Positions 19,327-27,688 of a DNA stretch of 32,000 bases are shown here, piece by piece (position 1 is the first letter of the stretch; each line of letters begins with the position of its first letter). The DNA is taken from NCBI RefSeq assembly GCF_900232105.1, contig NZ_LT934425.1, positions 330,001 to 362,000 of the forward strand, in the 5' to 3' direction. Both the position numbers and the translations under genes were made by a program. The notes beneath the pieces are model-generated. The model did not search any database and had not been told where the DNA came from. It worked only from the letters and a program-made list of their open reading frames with translations. The stretch is from Candidatus Kuenenia stuttgartensis. Its GTDB lineage: Bacteria; Planctomycetota; Brocadiia; Brocadiales; Brocadiaceae.

Positions 19327-20211
19327 TTATTCAATATTAAATGCCTGCTCACGGATTTTCTCAATTTCCATTTTAATATCAATAAGGTCTTTCAACAATA
19401 CTGTATCGTTAGCTTTAGAACACATCGTATTTGTCTCACGAAACATTTCCTGAATAATAAAATCAAGTTTCCTACCAATAGATTCATTAGAATCTAATGT
19501 CTCCTGCAACTGATGTATATGACTTTTAAGTCTGTTTATTTCTTCTGCAATATCGCTTCTCTCTGCAAATATGGCGACTTCACGACATAAATTACTATCT
19601 GTAAGTTCAACGTTGGTTTCAGAAAGCAGGAATGCTACCCTGCTGTGCAGCCGTTTTGCATATTCCTGAATTATTAATGGTAATCGTTCCTCGAATTTAT
19701 CCATCATTGACACGATAAAATCTTTTCTCTGTAATATATCTTTTTTTATATGACTCCCTTCGGTTATGCGCATTTCTGATAATTTTTCCAGAGCCTCGTT
19801 AATAAGAGTATGACAAATACTCAATAACGATTCAGCGTCATTCGCATCATCCTTGTTTTTTTGTAAAACTCCAGGCAATTGTACTAACGAATTGATTGAA
19901 ATTTCATCAGTACATTTGATTTTTCCTTTAAGCTCGTTTATTAAACGATAATACTCCTCTATCTTCTCCGTATTTAATGTAAAATCATTCTCTTGCCGAA
20001 ACGATTTATAGTTCAGCGATAAAACAACAGAACCCCGAACAATTTTTTTCCTTATAGCCCGATCAAACTCACTTTCAAAAGACTGAAATTGTTCCGGCAA
20101 ACGTGTATTTATTTTTAAGAATTTATTGTTCTCAGAGCGGATTTCCACACGCATCGAACCCCTATCATCATTGTATTCAGCAATTCCAAATCCGGTCATA
20201 CTCTTAAGCAT
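19327..20211 (-). CDS. yicC: YicC family stress-induced/endoribonuclease-like protein
   Basis: MLKSMTGFGIAE start; RSENNKFLKI; DI..E..RL.SHIHQLQETL; GRKLDFIIQEMFRETNTMCSKANDTVL C-terminus. Confidence 0.93.
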   Translation of the reverse strand: MLKSMTGFGIAEYNDDRGSMRVEIRSENNKFLKINTRLPEQFQSFESEFDRAIRKKIVRGSVVLSLNYKSFRQENDFTLNTEKIEEYYRLINELKGKIKCTDEISINSLVQLPGVLQKNKDDANDAESLLSICHTLINEALEKLSEMRITEGSHIKKDILQRKDFIVSMMDKFEERLPLIIQEYAKRLHSRVAFLLSETNVELTDSNLCREVAIFAERSDIAEEINRLKSHIHQLQETLDSNESIGRKLDFIIQEMFRETNTMCSKANDTVLLKDLIDIKMEIEKIREQAFNIE

Positions 20212-20406
20212 AATAAGGCTCCATATCTATACCTACGGACTCTCAGACTATCATTTCTTTGCATTTTTGTTTCATCACCATATTTAATAATTGTTTATTT
20301 AACATTGTTTTGCCTCACGGTAATCCATCTATTACATTGTCAAAGAGACTTTTAGGCACACCCTTAGCCCGGCATTTTCAACATTGTTCTCGCCTTCATA
20401 CGTGCA

Positions 20407-20805
20407 TTAATCATGATCACAATCTTCACTGTGTTCATGTTCCTGCGGTTCCTGCGGTTCCCGATGTTCATGTGTCATCATTGTTCCTAAATCTCCGGTA
20501 GGCGAAGAAAGTTTAAACAAGAAAATTGTTGCAACAATAAAGGCGGCGCCAATCAGATAGGTAACTTGCGTAAGAAACGAGCTTGTTCTTGTGCCAAAAG
20601 CGGACTGATCGCCCAAACCTCCAATAGCAGCCAACCCCCCTCCTTTTCCGGACTGCAATAATATTGCACCAATTAAAAATACGCATAAAATTGGCAATGT
20701 TATTTTCAATGCAACAATCCAATTTAAAAAAAAGAATGCATTCAGCGTGCCAAAGATAACAACAATAGCAAGCCCCCATTTAAACGCCTTTTCCGCCTTA
20801 ATCAT
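20407..20805 (-). CDS. secG: preprotein translocase subunit SecG with His/Glu-rich C-terminal tail
   Basis: LPILCVFLIGAILLQSGKGGGLAAIGGLGDQSAFGTRTSSFLTQVTYLIGAAFIVATIFL core; tail MMTHEHREPQEPQEHEHSEDCDHD. Confidence 0.92.
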   Translation of the reverse strand: MIKAEKAFKWGLAIVVIFGTLNAFFFLNWIVALKITLPILCVFLIGAILLQSGKGGGLAAIGGLGDQSAFGTRTSSFLTQVTYLIGAAFIVATIFLFKLSSPTGDLGTMMTHEHREPQEPQEHEHSEDCDHD

Positions 20806-20844
20806 CTAACTCTCCTACCTATTCATAAAAATCACACTATCAAA

Positions 20845-21630
20845 CTAAAAATCAACACCCTGTACAACTTCAATAATTGTTAAAAAAGATTCTAATTCAA
20901 GGCTGGCACCGCCAACCAAAAGACCGTCAATTTCCGGCTGATGTATCAATGCTTCAGTATTATCTGCTTTTACGCTCCCTCCATAGATAATACTCAACTT
21001 CTTTGCAATATCTTTACCATAGTCTTCAGATAAAATAGTCCTGATAAAGGAATGAACTTCGTTTGCCTGTTCAGGAGAAGCCGTTCTGCCAGTGCCAATC
21101 GCCCAAACCGGCTCATACGCAATGATAATGCATTTTATTAATTCAATGCCAACACCACGCAATCCATTTTTAAGCTGCCGAAGAACGATATCTTTTGTAT
21201 TCCCGGCCTCTCGTTCTTCCAACGTCTCACCAATACAAAGTATTGGAACTAATTCAAAGGATATGGCTTTTTTGATTTTATCATTTATGAAGAAATCGTC
21301 TTCTCCAAAAATATGTCTTCTCTCTGAATGGCCAACAAGTACATGAGAACACCCGACTTCCTTTAACATTGGAGCGGCAATTTCACCTGTAAATGCCCCA
21401 CTGGCTTCACTGTGCATATTTTGAGCCGAAACGCAAATCGTACTGCCCTCCAAAATGGCACAAATATCTTTGAGGAAAACGTAAGGCGGACAAATACCGC
21501 ACATAATCCAGGTTTTCCCCGCTATAGCCGCTTTTAAAGACCTGGCATATTGAACCCCCTCTTTCAGGGATTTATTCATCTTCCAATTGCCCAGAATAAT
21601 CGGTCTTTTTTTTTGGTTGTCTGAATTCAA
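20845..21630 (-). CDS. tpiA: triosephosphate isomerase
   Basis: ILGNWKMNKS, VLVGHSERR, CIIIAYEPVWAIGTGRTA, IIYGGSVKADN, DGLLVGGASL. Confidence 0.97.
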   Translation of the reverse strand: MNSDNQKKRPIILGNWKMNKSLKEGVQYARSLKAAIAGKTWIMCGICPPYVFLKDICAILEGSTICVSAQNMHSEASGAFTGEIAAPMLKEVGCSHVLVGHSERRHIFGEDDFFINDKIKKAISFELVPILCIGETLEEREAGNTKDIVLRQLKNGLRGVGIELIKCIIIAYEPVWAIGTGRTASPEQANEVHSFIRTILSEDYGKDIAKKLSIIYGGSVKADNTEALIHQPEIDGLLVGGASLELESFLTIIEVVQGVDF

Positions 21631-21636
21631 TGCCTC

Positions 21637-22716
21637 TTAATCTCCTTTTGGAAAAGAGCCGAGAATCTTAACATCAAAACATTTTTTTGATATCTCTTCA
21701 AGTGCTTTTTGAACATTCTGGTCTGATACATGTCCATCAAAATCCAAATAAAAGCAATATTCCCATGCCTTTTTTCGCGTAGGCAGTGATTCTATATTCG
21801 TGAGATTGATGCTGTACGATTTAAATGGGCCTAAGATTTCTACCAATGCCCCGGAACGATTTTTAACGTAACACATTATCGCTGTTTTGTCCTTTCCGCT
21901 GGGGCCGCTATATTCTTTGCCGAGGACAAAAAACCTTGTCGTATTGCTCGGGTCGTCTTCAATATTTTCAAAAAGAATCTTTAATCCATATTTGTGAGAA
22001 ATCTCAGAGTTGCCAATCACGGCAAAACACCTGCCTTCCTCCGACTTTTGAGCACCTGCAACTATTCTTGCAGCCTCTGCGCTACTACTTACCTCAATAA
22101 GTTCAATGCAAGGAATGTTAACCGCCAACCAATTTTTACACTGTGTTAATATTTGTGGTTTCGAAAATACCTTTCTGATTTCTTCTTTTTTGCAATTTGC
22201 CATCAAATAATGATGGATTGGCAAAATTATTTCAGAACATACCTTTACATCATGTTTTACAAACATATTCAATGTTTCACGAATGCCACCTTCAATGGTA
22301 TTCTCAACGGGAACAATGCCATAATCACATCTATTGCCGGCTACATCACTGAAAACACACTCTATGCCCCTTGCCGGGATGTACTCAACAGACGAACCAA
22401 ATTTCTGTTTTGCGGCAAAATAACTAAACGTTCCTTCAGGGCCGAGATAAGAAACCCTAATAGCCTTCTCTAACACCAAAGAACCTGCCATTAATTCACG
22501 GTATATAGCTTTTAAGCATTCATTAGATAAAGGCCCCTTATTTTTTGATGTAATTCGTAGGTAAACTTCCTGCTCTCTATTAGGAACGTAAACCTGTGAA
22601 CGATTTTGTTGTTTAATTTCTCCAATCTTTAAAACGAATTTTGCTCTTTCGTTGAGTAAATCTACAATCTTCTCATCAATTATGTCAATTTCGTTCCTTA
22701 AATCATCGATACTCAT
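21637..22716 (-). CDS. pheA: bifunctional chorismate mutase / prephenate dehydratase
   Basis: N-terminal AroQ-type chorismate mutase (LRNEIDIIDEKIVDLLNERAKFVLKIGEIK) then YLGPEGTFSYFAAKQKFG, DYGIVPVENTIEG, TTRFFVLGKE and ACT domain ESLPTRKKAWEYCFYLDFDGH. Confidence 0.95.
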   Translation of the reverse strand: MSIDDLRNEIDIIDEKIVDLLNERAKFVLKIGEIKQQNRSQVYVPNREQEVYLRITSKNKGPLSNECLKAIYRELMAGSLVLEKAIRVSYLGPEGTFSYFAAKQKFGSSVEYIPARGIECVFSDVAGNRCDYGIVPVENTIEGGIRETLNMFVKHDVKVCSEIILPIHHYLMANCKKEEIRKVFSKPQILTQCKNWLAVNIPCIELIEVSSSAEAARIVAGAQKSEEGRCFAVIGNSEISHKYGLKILFENIEDDPSNTTRFFVLGKEYSGPSGKDKTAIMCYVKNRSGALVEILGPFKSYSINLTNIESLPTRKKAWEYCFYLDFDGHVSDQNVQKALEEISKKCFDVKILGSFPKGD

Positions 22717-23092
22717 GTCTATTTTAACCAGTCAGCAAATAGTAATTATTTAAGGTTAGTCGTTGATAACAAAGCATTTATAGGTAAAATTTCAACTAAA
22801 TTTATCACAATTCCTCAAGAGAGTCAATAAAATTAAGTCATTTGAAGTTTTTTTAATTGACTGTAGACGAAACATTGTTAAAATCATTAAAATAAAATTT
22901 ATTTTTGCTCTAATATTTTGCATTTAGGCATGTTATGATGTAAAACGATAACGATGCCATCGTTCTTTTAAATACTATTTTTACGATTGATTTATTATTT
23001 TCCTACCTGAGCTTCAATATCATTATCTTACGTTTTTAAGTATTTGTATTATATGAATTTATATTAACCTGTTCAGAAAGGATTGTATACTT

Positions 23093-23626
23093 ATGGCAGT
23101 AGGAAAAATAGGCAACTCTCCGCAAAGGATTGGGGTCTTCGTTGATGTTCAAAATATGTTTTATTCCGCAAAGGCGTTACATCAGTCTAAGATTGATTAT
23201 AGTAAACTTTTATTAGAGATCGTTGGTGGTAGAAATTTAGTACGGGCAATAGCTTATATCGTACAGAAACCGGATGTGGACCAATCCAGTTTTACAGACG
23301 CTTTGTGCCGATTAGGGTATGAGATCAAAACGAAGGACCTGCGACTGAGGCCTGACGGCACCGCAAAAGGTGATTGGGACATGGGTATTGCAATTGATAC
23401 AATTTCAATTGCATCCAAACTGGACACAGTTGTATTGGTTACTGGTGATGGGGATTTTGTACCACTGGTAGAGCTATTGAAATACCATGGTTGTAGGGTT
23501 GAAACTGTTTCTTTTCGACGTAGTACCGCCATAGAACTCATCAATGTTTCTACAAAATATACCGCTATAGAAGAATCTATGCTATTTAAGGAAAAAAAGT
23601 TTCAAAAAAATGATACTGCAAACTAA
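23093..23626 (+). CDS. NYN domain protein (LabA/DUF88 family)
   Basis: IGVFVDVQNMFYSAK ... KGDWDMGIAIDTISIASKLDTVVLVTGDGDFVPLVELLKYHGCRVE: PIN-like acidic motifs of NYN family. Confidence 0.9.
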   Translation: MAVGKIGNSPQRIGVFVDVQNMFYSAKALHQSKIDYSKLLLEIVGGRNLVRAIAYIVQKPDVDQSSFTDALCRLGYEIKTKDLRLRPDGTAKGDWDMGIAIDTISIASKLDTVVLVTGDGDFVPLVELLKYHGCRVETVSFRRSTAIELINVSTKYTAIEESMLFKEKKFQKNDTAN

Positions 23627-24323
23627 CTCTCAAACAAACCCGGAAAAATTTATTGCATGCCAGAACATTATTGGCTATTCTTTTAAAAAAATGTTGTTAC
23701 TAGAAAAGGCATTGACGCATACATCATGCCGGGTTGAGAATAATTTTTCAAACGAGCGGTTAGAATTCCTTGGCGATGCAGTATTAGGTATGATTATTTC
23801 CGACTATCTTTACAAAACAATGCCGCATTATAGCGAAGGAGAGTTGACAAATGTAAAGTCTGTTGTTGTAAGCCAATCAACATTGGCAAAAGTTGGCATG
23901 GAGGCCGGCTTAAAAGAATTTCTTTTAGTGGGAAGAGGATTAAACGACAGGGACCTTTTTCCGAAATCTTTGCTCGCAAATGTTTTTGAAGCTTTAATTG
24001 CAGCAATTTATATTGATGGAGGCATAGAAGCCGCCAGTGAGTTTACCTTAAGATATTTAAAAAAAGAAATAGATCTCGTATGTAAAAACCAGCACAAAAA
24101 AAATTACAAATCGATATTGCAACAATACAGTCAAAAAGAATATGGTATTACCCCAACTTACCGGTTATTGCAACAAATAGGGCCAGACCATGGCAAATCC
24201 TTCGAAATAGTGGTGTCAATTAAGGGGAGTGAATATGGCCGGGGATGGGGAAAAAGCAAAAAAGAAGCAGAACAATCTGCCGCGAAAGAAGCCTTGAAAA
24301 TATTAACACCCGATTCAAATTAA
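23610..24323 (+). CDS. rnc: ribonuclease III
   Basis: ALTHTSC, NERLEFLGDAVLGMIISDYLY, LLANVFEALIAAIYIDGG, C-terminal dsRBD (YKSILQQYSQKEYGITPTYRLLQQIGPDHGKSFEIVVSIKGSEYGRGWGKSKKEAEQSAAKEAL). Confidence 0.96.
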   Translation: MILQTNSQTNPEKFIACQNIIGYSFKKMLLLEKALTHTSCRVENNFSNERLEFLGDAVLGMIISDYLYKTMPHYSEGELTNVKSVVVSQSTLAKVGMEAGLKEFLLVGRGLNDRDLFPKSLLANVFEALIAAIYIDGGIEAASEFTLRYLKKEIDLVCKNQHKKNYKSILQQYSQKEYGITPTYRLLQQIGPDHGKSFEIVVSIKGSEYGRGWGKSKKEAEQSAAKEALKILTPDSN

Positions 24324-24381
24324 ATCTTCTGCGTGTAACTAAATGATTCTCTTTATTTTAAACAATTAACGGAGGTAATTT

Positions 24382-24615
24382 ATGGTAAGGCAACTGAATA
24401 AAAAGAAAATAGTCGGTATCTGTCCGGTAGGTATAAAAAAAGCAGTATGTCCAAGTATTAAGAAGACCAGACAAATGCACACACAGTTAATGATTGCGCA
24501 AAGGCAAAAGAATCCAGATTCATCGCAAATTGAAAGCCTTAGAAATGCTTTAAGAAAAAGAAAGAGCATAGGCATTGCGGTCGAATGCGGTACCTGCATA
24601 TATAATAAGCAATAA
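24382..24615 (+). CDS. small four-cysteine protein of unknown function
   Basis: 77-aa ORF immediately after rnc; preceded by cggaggtaattt-ATG (good Shine-Dalgarno); cysteines in GICPVG, AVCPSI, ECGTCIYN. Confidence 0.65.
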   Translation: MVRQLNKKKIVGICPVGIKKAVCPSIKKTRQMHTQLMIAQRQKNPDSSQIESLRNALRKRKSIGIAVECGTCIYNKQ

Positions 24616-24635
24616 TTTATTGGAAAATATTTTTT

Positions 24636-24708
24636 ATCCGCAGATTCTGCAGATTAGCACTTAAAAAAAACTATTTTAATCTTCTCTTGATCTGCGTAAT
24701 CTGTGGAT
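24636..24708. repeat. short imperfect palindromic intergenic repeat (REP/BIME-like)
   Basis: ATCCGCAGATTCTGCAGAT...(spacer)...ATCTGCGTAATCTGTGGAT; arms are near inverted complements. Confidence 0.6.
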
Positions 24709-24770
24709 TATTTATTTTCGTCCCACTTTGTGACCTTTAGGTCATGGATGTTTCATTAGAAATGCGAATA

Positions 24771-25286
24771 TTACACATTATTTAAAATACCTTGTTCTGT
24801 ATAAGGGTATTCGAGAAGATCTGACATTTCTCTCGTGAGTGATTCAATTTCTTCCTCACTCATATTTGGATTAAAAACATAATATTCTTTATCTTCTCTG
24901 GGATATTGAACAACAATACATTCCTTGTCTTCTTGCTTTTGCAGGTTTTTGAATTTAAATACCTTCTTTCGGATTAAATATAGCGCTAAAACATATCGTA
25001 AATTTTTTTTGTGCGCATTTTCGCTATCTTCTAATCTGCAAAATATATCCAGAATCAGGCCAATATTGACAAACTTTTTAATGGGCTTGCCCTGCTTCGG
25101 TATCCTCGTTTTCCAGAATGAAAAAAGATTTTCAAGCGCATCTCTTTTCCAACAGGTAGCGCAAAAATCTTTTCGTGTAAAATTTTCATCTTCATCAAAA
25201 AGGGCTGAATAATAGTCCTCTTCTTCTTCGAATTTTTTCTCACAAACACTGCATTTGGTATTCCCTTTATTTATTCTCCATTCCAT
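24771..25286 (-). CDS. conserved-looking protein with N-terminal zinc-ribbon-like cysteines, unknown function
   Basis: Track ORF begins at 25319; internal ATG at 25286 (MEWRINKGNTKCSVCEKKFEEEEDYYSALF...FCATCWKRDAL) avoids overlap with the upstream gene. CxxC...CxxC pattern. Confidence 0.75.
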   Translation of the reverse strand: MEWRINKGNTKCSVCEKKFEEEEDYYSALFDEDENFTRKDFCATCWKRDALENLFSFWKTRIPKQGKPIKKFVNIGLILDIFCRLEDSENAHKKNLRYVLALYLIRKKVFKFKNLQKQEDKECIVVQYPREDKEYYVFNPNMSEEEIESLTREMSDLLEYPYTEQGILNNV

Positions 25287-25294
25287 AGCGCAAT

Positions 25295-25942
25295 TTAGAT
25301 AGCTTGTTCTTCTCTCCACAATTTTTTCTGTACGATTTTATAAATTTCATTAAAATAAATTTTGGCAGTTTTCTCTGCCTGATGCATCTCATTTTGTACC
25401 TTTTGAATCATTACCTGGTTGTCCAAATGCGAAAGATTAATATCAACATTTATCTTACCACATTGAAATCCTGCATCAGCAAGTATCGCAGCTACACCTA
25501 CTTCTGATATGAGATTTGGATTGGTAATTTCCGCAAATTCTCTGGTCAATTTTAATACATAAAGACACGTCATTGCGGTTTTTAAGGGTACCATCGTCGC
25601 AAATATCTTTGCCCTTATAATGGATTCGAGTCTAAATTTCTTTTCATCACTTGTAATCTTTGGCATCCGTAATGTCTTGTCTACTTCATTATAAACATCA
25701 ACATCTTCCTGTATTAATGCCGTTAACACTTCTCTGCTCTTTTCACATTCTTTCAGTAATTCCTTTAACCGTCCGGTATTTTGTTCAAATCCTTGTTTTC
25801 CAACAGTAAAATGAATCGACATTGAAGCCATTGCTGACGCCAACGCCCCAATTAATGCCGACGCACTCCCACCGCCAGGCGCCGGAATGCGGGCAGCCGA
25901 ATCATTCAAATACTTTTCAATGGACTCATTTAAATACATCAT
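25295..25942 (-). CDS. formiminotransferase-cyclodeaminase / methenyltetrahydrofolate cyclohydrolase-like protein (FTCD_C domain)
   Basis: 215-aa; IPAPGGGSASALIGALASAMASM, NPNLISEVGVAAILADAGFQCGKINVDINL. Confidence 0.88.
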   Translation of the reverse strand: MMYLNESIEKYLNDSAARIPAPGGGSASALIGALASAMASMSIHFTVGKQGFEQNTGRLKELLKECEKSREVLTALIQEDVDVYNEVDKTLRMPKITSDEKKFRLESIIRAKIFATMVPLKTAMTCLYVLKLTREFAEITNPNLISEVGVAAILADAGFQCGKINVDINLSHLDNQVMIQKVQNEMHQAEKTAKIYFNEIYKIVQKKLWREEQAI

Positions 25943-25948
25943 GGCCTG

Positions 25949-26893
25949 TTATCTTTGTATGATAATCCCGGTATCCGTTGTAACAAAATCAAACACTTCT
26001 TCAACATCACTATTTTTCATTCGAATACACCCGTCTGAAGATGCGGTACCAATTGTTTCAGGCATCGTTGTACCATGAATCCCGAATCCGGCAAGATTTT
26101 CTTTTTCTTTAAAACCTATCCACCGTGTCCCTAATATGTTTTTCTCATCTCCGTAAGAATAAACACCGCCATAAGGCGAATACCATGTTGGATTCTTCAT
26201 TTTGTTCTTGACCTCAAACGTTCCTTCCGGCGTTTTATCATTCTTACCGGTACCGATACGGTATTGTTTTACATAACGGTCGTTCAGCAGCACCGTCAGG
26301 GTAAATTCACTCTTACTAATCAATATCTTTGTTTTACCTTTTAGAATCTTGAGTTTTTCTCCAATATTCAGTCGTGAATCCGGTTTTTTATTTATTCTCA
26401 TAATAAGTTCATAATTGGTATTAAATTGCTTTGCAATCTTCGAAAGCGTTTCCCCAGCCTGCACGGTATACAATACCGCATCTTCGGAAGGTTTGGTTGA
26501 AAATATCAATTCACTGTTCAATTTATCTAATAATTCTTTAATTTCATGCTGTTTTTCAGGGATTTTTTTATTTAAAAAAATTTCCGAAAGATGATTTCTC
26601 GCCTCATAATTTTTCCCCTCTTTTAAATATTCATCAATCATACCTATGTTAAACACACTCCTTTTTTCACTGAGTGGCGTCTTATTCTTTTTAATATTTT
26701 TTAGATCATCAGTGCTTATAATAATATCTTTTTTATACAATATGATATCATCTTTTCCTACCAGTAAAATGGATGTTCCGTGATCATTTGCGGCAAAGAT
26801 GCTGGTATTGTTGCTAAATAAAAATAGGCCGCTGTTTACAGGAGCGAAAATAGACATAAATATCAATATTTTGTTTATTGTAATATTTTTCAT
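25949..26893 (-). CDS. LysM domain L,D-transpeptidase (YkuD)
   Basis: LysM YTVQAGETLSKIAKQFNTNYELIMRINKKPDSRLNIGEKLKIL; catalytic region GFGIHGTTMPETIGTASSDGCIRMKNSDVEEVFDFV; N-terminal hydrophobic segment. Confidence 0.93.
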   Translation of the reverse strand: MKNITINKILIFMSIFAPVNSGLFLFSNNTSIFAANDHGTSILLVGKDDIILYKKDIIISTDDLKNIKKNKTPLSEKRSVFNIGMIDEYLKEGKNYEARNHLSEIFLNKKIPEKQHEIKELLDKLNSELIFSTKPSEDAVLYTVQAGETLSKIAKQFNTNYELIMRINKKPDSRLNIGEKLKILKGKTKILISKSEFTLTVLLNDRYVKQYRIGTGKNDKTPEGTFEVKNKMKNPTWYSPYGGVYSYGDEKNILGTRWIGFKEKENLAGFGIHGTTMPETIGTASSDGCIRMKNSDVEEVFDFVTTDTGIIIQR

Positions 26894-26961
26894 ACTATTA
26901 ACAATCCCCCCGCATAAATAGCACCCAAGTAATTGAAACTCTTTCGATACATAGCAAGCCG

Positions 26962-27654
26962 TTATCTCAACTTTTTGATGATAATAGACACTCTGTCATT
27001 AAATCTGTCGCCGCCAGGGCTTTTAACAAAAGAATTATTGTTGCCATGTCCGACAGTTATTAGCCTTTTGTGAGAAATGTTCCCTTTTTCGTGCAAATAA
27101 TCAGCAACAGCTCTCGCTCTATCAACCGATAGTTTCCAGCTTGTTTCATAATCCTTAGATGGTTTAAAGGCCACTCTCGTATGCCCCTCTACCATTAACA
27201 AAACAGGTCTGTCAGCAGTCAAATTAACCAGGTTATTTAAAGAATGCATGCCTTCCAGCGACAATGTTGCTCCATGCTCTTTAAAATAAATTACTGCAGC
27301 GGCAGGTATATGATCTGCTTCATTCTCCATTTTATCTACTTCCTTATCGCCTGTTTGCGCCGGAATATCATCCATATCATCATCGTAAAAGGTATATTTC
27401 ATATCATGGATATTTTTACTCTCTTCAATACTACTGCTCTCCGGCAACAATCCCCCCATACCTAATGTTATAACATTTCTTTGAAACGATTTTTGAAATG
27501 CTTCAACCATTTTCTTGTTTTTCTCTTCAGTAAAAGTATTAATAATGATAAAAAAAGCCAGAAGCAACGTTGCCAATGCTGCATACGATAACAAAAACAT
27601 GTCCGGCGGCTTTGCAGGAAAGAAACCCTTCTTTTTCTTTTTGCGAGAAGACAT
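26962..27654 (-). CDS. OmpA/MotB-like protein (single N-terminal TM, C-terminal OmpA-like domain)
   Basis: MSSRKKKKKGFFPAKPPDMFLLSYAALATLLLAFFIIINTF...; C-terminal LMVEGHTRVAFKPSKDYETSWKLSVDRARAVADYLHEKGNISHKRLITVGHGNNN. Confidence 0.85.
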   Translation of the reverse strand: MSSRKKKKKGFFPAKPPDMFLLSYAALATLLLAFFIIINTFTEEKNKKMVEAFQKSFQRNVITLGMGGLLPESSSIEESKNIHDMKYTFYDDDMDDIPAQTGDKEVDKMENEADHIPAAAVIYFKEHGATLSLEGMHSLNNLVNLTADRPVLLMVEGHTRVAFKPSKDYETSWKLSVDRARAVADYLHEKGNISHKRLITVGHGNNNSFVKSPGGDRFNDRVSIIIKKLR

Positions 27655-27688
27655 CTAAATGTATTTTCCAATAAAATTCACAAAAATA

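Noticed and set aside
24366-24599. - strand 77-aa ORF opposite the four-cysteine ORF
   Set aside because: The + strand ORF has a clear Shine-Dalgarno and a balanced, protein-like sequence; the - strand one is a hydrophobic shadow.
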